This document shows, in pieces, positions 1 to 10,314 of a stretch of 64,000 nt of DNA. The notes beneath the pieces were generated by a model. The model was not told the DNA's origin. It was given only the letters and a program-made list of their open reading frames with translations, and ran no database searches. The stretch covers positions 1 through 64,000 of the forward strand of contig CBDESZ010000018.1 in NCBI GenBank assembly GCA_965242725.1. Direction: 5' to 3'. The position numbers and the translations under genes were made by a program. Every line of letters starts with the position of its first letter. The stretch's first letter is position 1. Source of the stretch: Alkalispirochaeta sp. (lineage in GTDB: Bacteria > Spirochaetota > Spirochaetia > DSM-27196 > Alkalispirochaetaceae).

Positions 1-465
1 AATCAGATTGTTGAGTCCGTTGGTCGGGATGGGTATATTATTGCTCAGGAATATCTTCCCAAGGCGGTGGAGGGCGACACCCGCCTCTTTCTGATGAACG
101 GCAGTCCCCTTCGATACAAGGGGAAGTACGCCGCCTTTCGAAGAAAACGGGTGGGGGACGATATCAGGAGTAACGTCCACGCAGGCGGAGTGATCGAGCG
201 TGCGGTGATCACCGATGAAATGCTCCACGTCGCGGAAATCGTCCGCCCGAAACTTGTCGAGGATGGGATGTTCCTGGTGGGTCTGGACATCGTCGGTGAC
301 AAGCTGATGGAGATAAATGTCTTCAGCCCCGGAGGTTTTGGAAGTGCCCAGAAATTTGAAAAAGTCAATTTCTCAAACGCCGTCCTCGCGGCGCTTGAAC
401 GAAAAGTAAATTATATGAAGTTTTATCGGCGTCAGTTCAGCAATAACGAGATGGCGACGCTGTAA
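1..465 (+). CDS. gshB: Glutathione synthetase-like ATP-grasp ligase, 5' partial
   Basis: Frame open from base 1 (NQIVESVGRDGYIIAQEYLP...); motifs QEYLP..GDTR, RSNVHAGG and VGLDIVGDKLMEINVFSPGG are typical of prokaryotic GshB/RimK ATP-grasp enzymes. Confidence 0.75.
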   Translation, partial: NQIVESVGRDGYIIAQEYLPKAVEGDTRLFLMNGSPLRYKGKYAAFRRKRVGDDIRSNVHAGGVIERAVITDEMLHVAEIVRPKLVEDGMFLVGLDIVGDKLMEINVFSPGGFGSAQKFEKVNFSNAVLAALERKVNYMKFYRRQFSNNEMATL

Positions 466-493
466 CAAAGCAAATCAACAAAGGAATCAAATA

Positions 494-2594
494 GTGCAAT
501 TGAAACTCCGCGGGAAAATAATAATACCGGTATTGACTGTCATGGTGCTTGGTATGGGAACGATGGCGACTCTGTCGTATCTGACGACTGCTGGGGCCCT
601 TGAAGACGCCCATTTCAATGAGGTGGAGCAGATCGCCCGGATAGTGGCCGCCCAGACCGATGAATGGGTCGGTGAGCGGACCGCAAACATCGCCGTAACG
701 GCAGCGGGGGCGCTGGTCGAAGAGGTACTGCAGCCGGGCGCATCTGCGGAGGATGTCGAGCGGGGCCAATCAGTATCTCCAGGAAATCAGGGAACAATAC
801 CCCGTATTTGCGACGATCGGAGTGCTCAACGCCGACGGAATTTCTGCGGCCAATACCGATCCTTCCCTTGTGGGCAATCTGAACCTCAGTACCCGCGGCC
901 ATTTTCAGAAGGCGATGCAGGGGGAGCCGAATATTTCCGGCGTCCTCACCAGCGCAATATCGGGCGAACCGATCTTTGTCATTGACGTTCCCGTCGTCGT
1001 GAACGGTGAAGTTATCGGTGCCGTTCACGGCTCCGTAGAACTTGCCCGTTTCACTGAGGAGTTCCTGGACTCAATTCACCTGGGGGAGACGGGGTACGTC
1101 TATATGATCAACGCTGCGGGGCTCGTCATCGCCCATCCAAATCGCGAGTACATCATGGAGCTGGACATATCGGAAGAGACGTTCGGCGCAACGATGATGG
1201 AGCAGAAAAGCGGCCTCATCGAGTATGACTGGGAGGGCGAACGGGTTGTGGCGGCATTCACAGAGATCCCCTCTACGGGATGGATCATCGCCACGAGGAC
1301 GGGGTACCTGGAGCTCTTCCAGGATGTAATCAGTTTCCGGAATGTGAGCATCGTCTACACGATTCTTATCATCGTCGCCATGGCACTCCTTCTGCTGTTC
1401 CTGATCCGCTCCATCACCAGGCGTGTCGCCGTTACCGTTGCAGGACTGCGCGATATTTCTGAAGGAGAAGGGGATCTCACCCGACGTCTCGAGGTCAAAG
1501 GCAACGACGAAATTGACGAGCTGGCGAGTCTGGTCAACACGACCCTCGAGAATATGCAACGTATGATCGGTTCCATCAGAAACGAGACGACAGCCCTTCA
1601 GGAATCGGGAACCGATCTCGCGTCGGACATGAACGAGACCGCTTCCGCAGTGAATGAAATTGCCGCCAACATCACCAGTATCAAGGACCGCGTGCTGAAT
1701 CAGTCGGCGGGAGTCAATCAGACACAGGCGACGGTTGAACAGATCGCGAAGAGCATCAGATCGCTCGACGGCGAAATAGAGGAACAATCGGCGGGTATTG
1801 CAGAGTCTTCAGCCTCCATTGAAGAAATGATCGCCACGATGCAGTCGGTGACCTCCAGTCTCGAGAAAAACTCAAAGTCGATGTCGGAACTGGAAGGTGC
1901 TTCAGAGACGGGCCGGAGCGGAATGAAGGAAGTGTCGGACCTGGTAAAGGGTGTCGCCGACCAGTCCGACGGCCTTGTAGAGGCGAGTAATGTCATCAGG
2001 GCGATCGCGGCGCAGACAAACTTGCTTGCCATGAACGCTGCCATTGAGGCGGCCCACGCCGGCGACTATGGAAAGGGCTTTGCCGTCGTCGCCGCGGAGA
2101 TACGCAACCTTGCGGAGAATGCGGGATCCCAGGCAGGCGTGATCGCCTCGGTGCTGAAGAAGGTCAAGGACTCCATCGATAAAGTCGCCTCGGCACTGGT
2201 CAACACGGAAACACGGTTTGAAACGATGTACACCCTCAGCAGAACCGTTGCCGAGCAGGAGTCGGTGATCAAGAGCGCAATGGAAGAGCAGCAGACCGGA
2301 AGCACCCAGGTTCTCGAGGCACTGGGCGAGATGAAGGAGATATCTGTCCGCGTCAGGGATGCGTCGCAGACGATCACCACCGGAAGTACTGAAGTGCTTG
2401 ATGAGGTAAAACGCCTGGCCCAGATCAGTGAGGAAATATCACAGAGCGTCAACGAGATGGCGGTGGGAACGAAGCAGCTGAATAACACCGTGGAACACGT
2501 TGCTGAACTGGCGAGGAATAACAATCAGAGTATCTCCGTCCTCGCCGGAGAAGTGGGACGCTTCAAGATCGAGGAAGGCGACGCCGGGGAGTGA
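494..2594 (+). CDS. Methyl-accepting chemotaxis protein (TM-dCache-TM-HAMP-MCP), with an apparent +1 frameshift at 762-765
   Basis: ORF 494..985 gives TM1; ORF 753..2594 gives Cache, TM2, HAMP and the [17 protein letters not shown] signalling motif; removing one G from CGGGGCC joins them as EDVERANQY. Confidence 0.85.
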
Positions 2595-2615
2595 CGGGCT
2601 CCCCGACGGGACAGT

Positions 2616-3881
2616 CTATGATCGTTCTGAAAGATTCGCAGCTTCAACCGTTTCCGGTGTCCAGCGACCGTTGCGCATGAGCGGAAACTCGGTGCCGTCC
2701 TCCCGGACTGCAGTGATTGACAGTTCCGTTGATCCGACGGTGAAATCGGCGTGCTGGGAACTTTGGTTGAGTCCCGCCTCCTTTCGCGCATCGGGAGTCA
2801 TGTTGGCGCCGCCGGAGATGCAATTGGAGTAGGCGGCACCGAATGCCAGGTGACACCCCGCGTTTTCGTCGTACAGGCCGTCGTAAAATGTCGTACCAAG
2901 GCGGGCAATCGGCGCGTTTTCGGATACCAGAGCTATTTCGCCGAGGAAACGGGCGTTTTCGTCCAGATCCAGCTCCTGCTGCAGTACATCATTTGACTGC
3001 TCGCTCCGGGCTTCTATGATGCGCCCCTTTTCTATTCTCAGATCGACGATGCCCACATCAATGCCGCCAAGTATCAGAGGACGTGTTGATCGTACGATCC
3101 CGTCGACGCGCAGGCGGTGCGGCGCGGAAAAGACCTCGTCCGTGGGAAGGTTGGCGATAAACGTGGTACCTCCTGCGGAACTTCCCTCCGTCCCTATCCA
3201 GTTCTGATCGTCCGGCATACCGACGGTCAGTTCCGTTCCGGGAGCTGAGTAGATAAACCGATCAAATGCCGCGGATGTGAGCCAGCCGGCGATCTTCATG
3301 AGCCGAGTGGAATGGGCCTGCCACGCGGCGACGGGATTCTCTTCGTCGAGGCGACAGGCTACGGCGACGGCATCAATGAGCCGCTCAAGCGCGGTATCAC
3401 GCTGCAGGTCGGGAAATACGCGAGAAGCCCAGATCTCCGTGGGAACACTGATGACACACCACGGAAAATAGTCTTTCATCTGCAGCTCTTTGATTTCTTC
3501 TGTTGCCTTGGCCATGGCGCGCATCACCTGTCCCCGCCGCGGTACGGGTACATCCTTCATGCCCATGGGGTCATCTCCGAGTATTGCCAGAGACGCCCCG
3601 CCTTCCCTGCCGACCCGGAGACGCTCGGCGACCATTCCGGGGGGGATATATGAGAGGGACGATTCAGGTGCGTGAAGTATGCGGGCCTTTGTTACCCCCT
3701 GATGGCGAAAATCGACGTGAACATACCTCGCTCCGGCCCGATACGCTGCCGCCGTCACATAGGGCGTAAAGTCGGCAGCCTCGACGGGCGCACGTATGTA
3801 CAACTCCTGATTCGGCTGAATGTTCAGTCCCACCTTGATAACAATTTCCGCATAGCGCCTGTAAAAATCCTCTCTGGTCAT
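2616..3881 (-). CDS. Aminopeptidase, M29 (AmpS/aminopeptidase T/II) family
   Basis: VGLNIQPNQ N-terminus; ANLPTDEVFSAP, LGEIALV, YDENAGCHLAFG and NQSSQHADF motifs. Confidence 0.92.
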   Translation of the reverse strand: MTREDFYRRYAEIVIKVGLNIQPNQELYIRAPVEAADFTPYVTAAAYRAGARYVHVDFRHQGVTKARILHAPESSLSYIPPGMVAERLRVGREGGASLAILGDDPMGMKDVPVPRRGQVMRAMAKATEEIKELQMKDYFPWCVISVPTEIWASRVFPDLQRDTALERLIDAVAVACRLDEENPVAAWQAHSTRLMKIAGWLTSAAFDRFIYSAPGTELTVGMPDDQNWIGTEGSSAGGTTFIANLPTDEVFSAPHRLRVDGIVRSTRPLILGGIDVGIVDLRIEKGRIIEARSEQSNDVLQQELDLDENARFLGEIALVSENAPIARLGTTFYDGLYDENAGCHLAFGAAYSNCISGGANMTPDARKEAGLNQSSQHADFTVGSTELSITAVREDGTEFPLMRNGRWTPETVEAANLSERS

Positions 3882-3946
3882 GGGGACAGTATACCAGACT
3901 GTGCACGACGACGACGATCCCGCTTCCGTCTGATATACTCTTCAGA

Positions 3947-4453
3947 ATGAATGAGAACAGAAATACAGTCGTGACGGCGGATCTTTTTGACCAGTACGGT
4001 GAGTCGATGGCGGGTATACGAATCCTGCTTCCGGTTTTTCGCGATTATGGCGGGGTAACCGCTTTCTCAGGCCCCGTGGTGACAATAAAAACGTATGAAG
4101 ACAATTCTCTTGTCAGAGAGGCTGTATTCTCCGAGGGAAATGGTGCCGTTCTCGTTGTCGACGGTGGAGAATCACTTCGATACGCGCTAATGGGAGATCA
4201 GCTCGCACAGGGGGCTTATGACAATGGCTGGGTCGGGGTGGTGATTGCAGGGTGTGTTCGGGACGCTTCGGTACTTCGCGATATTCCGGTCGGCGTCAAG
4301 GCGATGGCGACAACCCCGCGGAAGAGCCTCAAGCGTGGCCAGGGTATGAAAAATGTACCCATTGAAATCGCCGGCGCCCTTATCAAACCGGGGGAGTGGC
4401 TGTATGCCGATGAGGATGGAATTCTCGTTGCTCCCGAGCGTCTTGGTGGTTGA
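3947..4453 (+). CDS. rraA: RraA-family protein (RNase E activity regulator / HMG aldolase-like)
   Basis: TADLFD, EDNSLVRE, VLVVDGG, ALMGDQLA, GCVRD and YADEDG motifs. Confidence 0.9.
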   Translation: MNENRNTVVTADLFDQYGESMAGIRILLPVFRDYGGVTAFSGPVVTIKTYEDNSLVREAVFSEGNGAVLVVDGGESLRYALMGDQLAQGAYDNGWVGVVIAGCVRDASVLRDIPVGVKAMATTPRKSLKRGQGMKNVPIEIAGALIKPGEWLYADEDGILVAPERLGG

Positions 4454-4486
4454 AATTCAGGGGAAGTTCAACGGCGGAGTGTATTG

Positions 4487-4675
4487 TCAAGCGTACTCGT
4501 CGATCACATCGCCGCGATTGTCATATTCTTCAGGTCTTTCCTCATGTGACGAATCGACAGGTCTCTCCTCCCGAACCGGTCGTTCTTCATCGGAATCCCG
4601 AGACTCATTGCTGCGATCAACCGGAGGTTCCGGCGAGCGAACCGGCCAGAAAGGATCCAGGTAATCGATAAACAT
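4487..4675 (-). CDS. Small acidic hypothetical protein (62 aa)
   Basis: Strong SD GGAGGTG before ATG; upstream TTGACG-17-TACATT; fills the gap between rraA and the ALDH gene. Confidence 0.7.
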   Translation of the reverse strand: MFIDYLDPFWPVRSPEPPVDRSNESRDSDEERPVREERPVDSSHEERPEEYDNRGDVIDEYA

Positions 4676-4761
4676 ATTATCACCTCCCTTTCTCAGGCTC
4701 TGTGTATAATGTATTGAATCCTTGTCGATACGTCAATTTAACATTGGAGGGAATATCAATA

Positions 4762-6333
4762 ATGGAAATAACAGGAGAAAACTACGTCGGCTCCCGACGG
4801 ACCGGGAAAAGTACGGTACTGTTTTCAGCGGTCAATCCCCTGACCGGGGAAAACCTCCCTCATCAATTCCACGAAGCGACCGTCGCTGAAGTGACCGAGG
4901 CTGTCGAAGCGGCGGAACACGCGTTTCCGCGGTATGGCAATTGTACGGGAAACGAGAAGGCAACCTTCCTTGAAGCGATCGCAGACGCTATCCTCGGTCT
5001 CGGCGATCTTCTGATCAGGCGATGCACGGCTGAAACGGGACTGCCTGAGGCACGCGTCACCGGCGAGCGGGGCAGGACGGTAAACCAGTTACGGCTCTTT
5101 GCCCGGCTTCTCCGTGAAGGCTCATGGGTTGACGCCCGTATTGATACGGCCGCGGCGGATATACGCAGTATGAAACGGCCTCTCGGCCCGGTCGGCATTT
5201 TTGGCGCAGTCAACTTCCCCCTTGCTTTTTCAGTCGCCGGCGGTGACACCGCTTCCGCGCTGGCGGCGGGATGCCCTGTTGTCATCAAGGCACACCCCGG
5301 CCACCCAGGTACATGTGAACTTGTCTTTCAGGCAATGCTGAGCGCGGCGGAGCGGTGTGGCATCCCCGACGGTGCCGTCAACCTCGTACAGGGAAGGTCA
5401 CACACCGTTGGTATGGCGATCGTCGAGCATCCGCTCATTCGGGCCGTCGGTTTTACCGGGTCATTCCACGGCGGCAAGGCGCTCTACGACGCGGCCGTGC
5501 GCAGGGAGGAACCGATACCGGTGTATGCGGAAATGGGTAGTACCAACCCGGTATTTGTGTTACCCGGCGCGGCGGAGACATGGGAAGATGAAATAGTAAA
5601 GGGATTTACCGCCTCGGTTACGTTGGGATCGGGACAGTTCTGCACGAACCCGGGACTGCTGTTTCTTCAGGGTGACACCGACTCGCCGATCGTATCCGCA
5701 TTGGAACGGAGGTTTACCGGTGCCGTTGGAGGGGCTATGGCCGGCGAGGGAGTGTTCCACTCCTTTACCGAACAGTTGTCACGCCTTCATGACGGTATAC
5801 GGGTCCGAATCGTGGCGGAAGGAACGTCGTCCGAGGGTGGCGCGATACCTGGACCGTTTCACGTTCGGCCGGTACTCCTGCATACGGAGGCGCGGCAGTT
5901 CCAGGACGATCCCGGCCTTGACGGGGAAGTCTTCGGCCCATCATCGCTCATGGTAACGGCGGAGTCCAAAGAAGAACTTGTCGCCGCGGCACACGCGCTC
6001 CACGGCCAGCTGACGGCGACGGTCTGGGGGACTGAAGCGGATTTCCGAGACTATTTCGATCTCATTGAAGTCCTGAAACGAAAGGTTGGACGTCTGATCG
6101 TCAACGGATTTCCCACGGGAGTGGAGGTGTGTCACGCCATGGTTCACGGCGGTCCCTTTCCCGCGACGACCGACTCCCGGAGTACCTCCGTCGGGACTCG
6201 GGCGATCGATCGATTTACCCGTCCCTTTTGTTACCAGAACGTCCCGGACAGCCTCCTGCCCGATGAGTTGCGTGACGGAAATCCACTGGGAATACGGAGA
6301 ATGGTGAACGGTATGCCGGAAGACACACCGTAG
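4762..6333 (+). CDS. NADP-dependent aldehyde dehydrogenase (alpha-ketoglutaric semialdehyde dehydrogenase-like)
   Basis: NFPLAFSVAGGDTASALAAGCPV, GFTGS, AEMGSTNP, GQFCTNPG and EVFGP motifs; SD GGAGG before ATG 4762. Confidence 0.9.
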   Translation: MEITGENYVGSRRTGKSTVLFSAVNPLTGENLPHQFHEATVAEVTEAVEAAEHAFPRYGNCTGNEKATFLEAIADAILGLGDLLIRRCTAETGLPEARVTGERGRTVNQLRLFARLLREGSWVDARIDTAAADIRSMKRPLGPVGIFGAVNFPLAFSVAGGDTASALAAGCPVVIKAHPGHPGTCELVFQAMLSAAERCGIPDGAVNLVQGRSHTVGMAIVEHPLIRAVGFTGSFHGGKALYDAAVRREEPIPVYAEMGSTNPVFVLPGAAETWEDEIVKGFTASVTLGSGQFCTNPGLLFLQGDTDSPIVSALERRFTGAVGGAMAGEGVFHSFTEQLSRLHDGIRVRIVAEGTSSEGGAIPGPFHVRPVLLHTEARQFQDDPGLDGEVFGPSSLMVTAESKEELVAAAHALHGQLTATVWGTEADFRDYFDLIEVLKRKVGRLIVNGFPTGVEVCHAMVHGGPFPATTDSRSTSVGTRAIDRFTRPFCYQNVPDSLLPDELRDGNPLGIRRMVNGMPEDTP

Positions 6334-6338
6334 GCATT

Positions 6339-8285
6339 TCAGTCTACGCAACCGAGAGGCAATTCCATGATAAATGTCGTCGGAAGACCGTCGGCAAGAT
6401 AGAGTCTGCCGCCGTGACCATTCTGGACGATATCCCGGGAGATGCTGAGTCCGAGGCCGGTTCCCCTGTTATCGGGACGGGAAGTGAAAAAAGGATCAAA
6501 GATACGGTCTCTGATGTCATTGTCTACGCCCGGTCCATTGTCGGTTACGGAGCAGACAAGTGTGTCGCCGGCGCCACGGTAGGCAATTCCGATGCGCTTT
6601 TCCGCCGTTGCCGACAGCTGCTGCACCGCATGCACCGCATTGAGAAGAAGGTTAAGCAGGACCTGGCTGATTTCATCACTGCCGCAAAAGAGATTGACCT
6701 CCATGGAACTTTCTACGGTCAGTTGTACTCCCCGCAATTCAGGTGTTGTCAGGGTCACCGCGTTCTTCACGATCTCGGAAAAATCCACATAGGAACGGGT
6801 TTTCCGATGGGATATTCCCCGGGAAAAATCGTTCAGTGACTTTACGACCCCTTCGATGCGGTCCAGTCCGATGTCGATATCACGTATAATTTCTGCGGTC
6901 TCATGTTCCGTGGAAGGTTTCCGAACCACATTGCTCTGATCGGCAGGTATGGTTGTACCCGTTTCCACTCGGCTCCCGCGGTCTTCCTGGAGAAGTCGCT
7001 TCAGCTCCCGGAAGCCGCTGCGAATATATGTGAGGGGGTTGCTGATTTCGTGAGCCATCCCGGCCGCAAGTTGCCCGATTGTGGCAAGCTGTTCCTGTCG
7101 GCGGAGCTGCAGTTGCAGTTGAATGAGGCGGTTCTGCTCCGCCTCCAGCCGCTTGTACGCCCGGTTCCGCTCCTCAAGAAGGCTCACCCATCCCGATACG
7201 TCGGAGAGAGTAATGATGGCTCCCGCATGGCGTCCGCTCAAATGGTGTAACGGCTTGATCCAGACATCGAAGTGCCGCTCATCCTCTTGTGTCCCGGCGG
7301 CGGCTTCAACGGCGGCTTCATCGGCGTCGGCGTTGTGTCCGGGAGTATGGACCAGGCGCGGATTGCTCCATGGCGTTTCAAAGTTGTTTCGCTGATCCAG
7401 CGGGACGTTCTGCAGCAGAGAGGCAAGGGCGGGAACGAGATCGACATCCTTTCCGATAACATCCGCGTTAATACCGAGGAACTCTTCCGCACGTCCATTG
7501 AAGTCAAGAACGGTGCCGTCGGGATCAAGGGCGATGACCGCCGAAGAAACGTCTTCAAGTACGACCTGCCGGTGTATCGGAGCAACCTTCAAAAGGTTGA
7601 ACCTGTGGACGGCAACATAAAAGAATATACCCGAAAGCGCAAAGGCAACGGGGGTGTAGTCCTTACGAAGTCCCGGAAGAACCCGAAACACGTGAAGAAG
7701 GTTGAAAAAGACAGGTATCACCGCCGCCAGGGAAATGATTGATGACTGACGGCGAACCGCGCGGCGTCCGGGAATACCGGTAAAAAGGAAGAGAGCCACA
7801 CCGAGTGTCAGTAATCCGTACAGGTATACTCCGGATACCCAGAATACCGTTCCATACAGGGGGCGCATTGTAGTGAATCCGGCGACGGTGTGTATTCCGG
7901 GATCGGTCCAGACAAGGTCGGAGCCGCTGGCAAACCAGAAAAACGCTATGAATGCGACGGGCAAAACGGTGAGCCACCGAAAATGCTTCCAGTCCACCAA
8001 TGATTCAAATCCGGCGTACACGAGGGCAAATGCGAGCCACGCCATTCCGGAACCGAAGAGAAAGGCATAACTGACCCGCGCCCACGCAATTGTACCGGCG
8101 ACGGACGGAGTGAGAAGCTCCATCAAGTTGGCCCCGAGATAGACACCGACCATGATGAGGTACCAGATGAGCGATTCAGCGACATACCGCCGGCGGTAAC
8201 GCCATACGGTCGATGTCGCAACGACCAGCGCCGCGAGTGCAACGGGAGCGATGACGACAAATGCGCGGTAATCAATCCCCGTCAT
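6339..8285 (-). CDS. Sensor histidine kinase (HisKA_7TM - PAS - HisKA - HATPase)
   Basis: Seven hydrophobic helices, PAS-like VIALDPDG..FN, H-box AHEISNPL, N-box NLLLNA, DNGPG and GTGLGL. Confidence 0.92.
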   Translation of the reverse strand: MTGIDYRAFVVIAPVALAALVVATSTVWRYRRRYVAESLIWYLIMVGVYLGANLMELLTPSVAGTIAWARVSYAFLFGSGMAWLAFALVYAGFESLVDWKHFRWLTVLPVAFIAFFWFASGSDLVWTDPGIHTVAGFTTMRPLYGTVFWVSGVYLYGLLTLGVALFLFTGIPGRRAVRRQSSIISLAAVIPVFFNLLHVFRVLPGLRKDYTPVAFALSGIFFYVAVHRFNLLKVAPIHRQVVLEDVSSAVIALDPDGTVLDFNGRAEEFLGINADVIGKDVDLVPALASLLQNVPLDQRNNFETPWSNPRLVHTPGHNADADEAAVEAAAGTQEDERHFDVWIKPLHHLSGRHAGAIITLSDVSGWVSLLEERNRAYKRLEAEQNRLIQLQLQLRRQEQLATIGQLAAGMAHEISNPLTYIRSGFRELKRLLQEDRGSRVETGTTIPADQSNVVRKPSTEHETAEIIRDIDIGLDRIEGVVKSLNDFSRGISHRKTRSYVDFSEIVKNAVTLTTPELRGVQLTVESSMEVNLFCGSDEISQVLLNLLLNAVHAVQQLSATAEKRIGIAYRGAGDTLVCSVTDNGPGVDNDIRDRIFDPFFTSRPDNRGTGLGLSISRDIVQNGHGGRLYLADGLPTTFIMELPLGCVD

Positions 8286-9456
8286 GGAGTTTTTTTATCT
8301 TGATCGTCACCAGAGTGAGGTCGTCACTGCGAATATCGAGCGGTGAAGTTCCGTCGTATATATCCACCGCCGAGAGAAGACGCTCAGCCTGGGGGACAAA
8401 TGAGTGCGGCCCGTCGGCCTGCACAAAGATGGCCGAAAGGATTGTGTCCGAGATTGTACGGAGGGCGCCCCGGTCGTACACACCGTCGGTGAAGATCACG
8501 ACACGGTCGTTTTCCTGAATGGGAATTTCTTCCGACTCATAGACGATATCCCGGGAGAAGGCGAGGGCGGGAAAATTGCGAAAGTACCTTTTTGTTGAAC
8601 GGTCACGGACGAGATACAGCGGAGGATTGCCTCCGGATGCGTAGGAAATGACTCCTTTTTTCAGATCAAGCAGGACTGCGGAAAACGATACGAGTACCTC
8701 GTCAATACCGGCCAGGCGATCGAGAAGGGTGGTGTTCAGATAGTCAAGAAAGAGATTGGTTCTGAAGGTTGCGGTGACCATATCTTCCCGGTATTCGTTG
8801 ACGATCAACTTGATCATCGTCGCCACAAACGCAGGTTTGACTCCGTGGCCGCTGACGTCGCCGAGAAGGAGGAGAACCCGGTCATCATCCAGGTGTATGG
8901 CGTCATAGTAGTCGCCGGTTACGTATATTCCCGGTGACGGTCGATTGGAGACTTCAAGAGTATAGGAAGAATGGGAGGGCAGTGGTGATTCAAAAAAACG
9001 AAACTGAAAATCCCCGGCGATTTTGAGCTGGGTAACCACCTCCCTCTGTCGCCTGCGGTCCAGTCGTTTCTGTTCCACCTTACGTACCATTCTGTCGAGT
9101 TCAGCGGTAAGGCGTGAAACGTCCCACGGCTTGATGATAAGTCCGCATATGTCCGCAGACACCGCGCGTGTTATGTCGTCCATATCGGAATACGCCGTCA
9201 GAAGGACGAGACCGACATTGGGGTAGGTACGACCGAGAATCTCGAGGAGCTCGCTGCCCTTCATGCCGGGCATACGGAGGTCGGAAATCACCATCACGAC
9301 GTCATCTTCGGTGTTTTCCAGAAGCTCCATACACGCCGCAGCGGACTCAAGGGTCTCCAGTTTCAGATCGTTCTTTTCGAGCCACGGACGAAGGTCACGT
9401 GTCATGGCGCGGAGAACCGCAGGTTCATCATCAACGTATAAAATCGTCTCCGCCAC
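8272..9456 (-). CDS. Response regulator fused to a PP2C/SpoIIE (RsbU-type) phosphatase
   Basis: REC motifs YVDDE, SDLRMP, LTAY, KPW; SpoIIE motifs GDYYD, GDVSGHG, FTDG, DDLT. Confidence 0.9.
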   Translation of the reverse strand: MAETILYVDDEPAVLRAMTRDLRPWLEKNDLKLETLESAAACMELLENTEDDVVMVISDLRMPGMKGSELLEILGRTYPNVGLVLLTAYSDMDDITRAVSADICGLIIKPWDVSRLTAELDRMVRKVEQKRLDRRRQREVVTQLKIAGDFQFRFFESPLPSHSSYTLEVSNRPSPGIYVTGDYYDAIHLDDDRVLLLLGDVSGHGVKPAFVATMIKLIVNEYREDMVTATFRTNLFLDYLNTTLLDRLAGIDEVLVSFSAVLLDLKKGVISYASGGNPPLYLVRDRSTKRYFRNFPALAFSRDIVYESEEIPIQENDRVVIFTDGVYDRGALRTISDTILSAIFVQADGPHSFVPQAERLLSAVDIYDGTSPLDIRSDDLTLVTIKIKKLHDGD

Positions 9457-9510
9457 CTAAAAAACCTCCATAATAATGATCACTGTAATTGTAGGCTTTG
9501 TCAACGCCGC

Positions 9511-10314
9511 CTACTCGTACCGCTTCCACCTGCAGAGGAGCCGTTGTGCAACATCCAGAACTGAAAAAACGAGAAAACCGGCGGTACCGATTGCGACAAT
9601 GCCGGCCATCATAGAGGTGTAATCCGCTTTCATCCAGCTGTCGACAATGAAGAACCCGAGACCACGGTCGGTAAAAAAGGTTTCCGCAAAAAAGAGCACC
9701 GCGAAAGCCGTTGCAGACCCGATTCGCAACGCCGTGAGCAGCGCAGGCAGAATGGCAGGAATGATCACGTATCGCAAATGATTCACCGGGCGTCCTCCCA
9801 GCAATGTGAGGGACCTATGATATTCCTCAGGTATTGCCACCACGGCATCCCTGACGGCGACGAGGACCTGGAAGAACAGTACGAGCCATACGAGAAATAT
9901 CCGTGCACCCTCTCCAACTCCGATAAACAGAAAGACCAGGGGGAGCAGCGCGATCTTCGGTACCGGATAGAGGACATAGACAATCGGCGTGACGATCCGA
10001 CGCGTCCATATCGAACTCCCGAGGGCGAAGCCGACGGGCAGTGCCGCAAGCGTTGCCGTCGCAAGTGCCGCGGCAACGCGGATGATGCTGGCCTGGAGAT
10101 GGATGTAAAGCGACGTACCTTCAGGTTGGACGAACAGCCTGAGTACCGGCAGCGGCGGAGGAAGTACCATGCTTGATGAAATCTCGCTGATGAACCACCA
10201 TATCCAAAGAAGCAGCAACGGCATCAGGAGAGAGAGGATCAGCGTATGTGCTCTCCCGACAAGGATGCGCCCCTTCCTTCGGAACACGACTCCGACCGGG
10301 GAGTGGTCATTCAC
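9511..10314 (-). CDS. ABC transporter permease, NitT/TauT family
   Basis: YPVPKIALLPL and IIPAILPALLTALR motifs, about 6 TM; start uncertain (GTG overlapping the ATPase stop chosen). Confidence 0.85.
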   Translation of the reverse strand: MNDHSPVGVVFRRKGRILVGRAHTLILSLLMPLLLLWIWWFISEISSSMVLPPPLPVLRLFVQPEGTSLYIHLQASIIRVAAALATATLAALPVGFALGSSIWTRRIVTPIVYVLYPVPKIALLPLVFLFIGVGEGARIFLVWLVLFFQVLVAVRDAVVAIPEEYHRSLTLLGGRPVNHLRYVIIPAILPALLTALRIGSATAFAVLFFAETFFTDRGLGFFIVDSWMKADYTSMMAGIVAIGTAGFLVFSVLDVAQRLLCRWKRYE

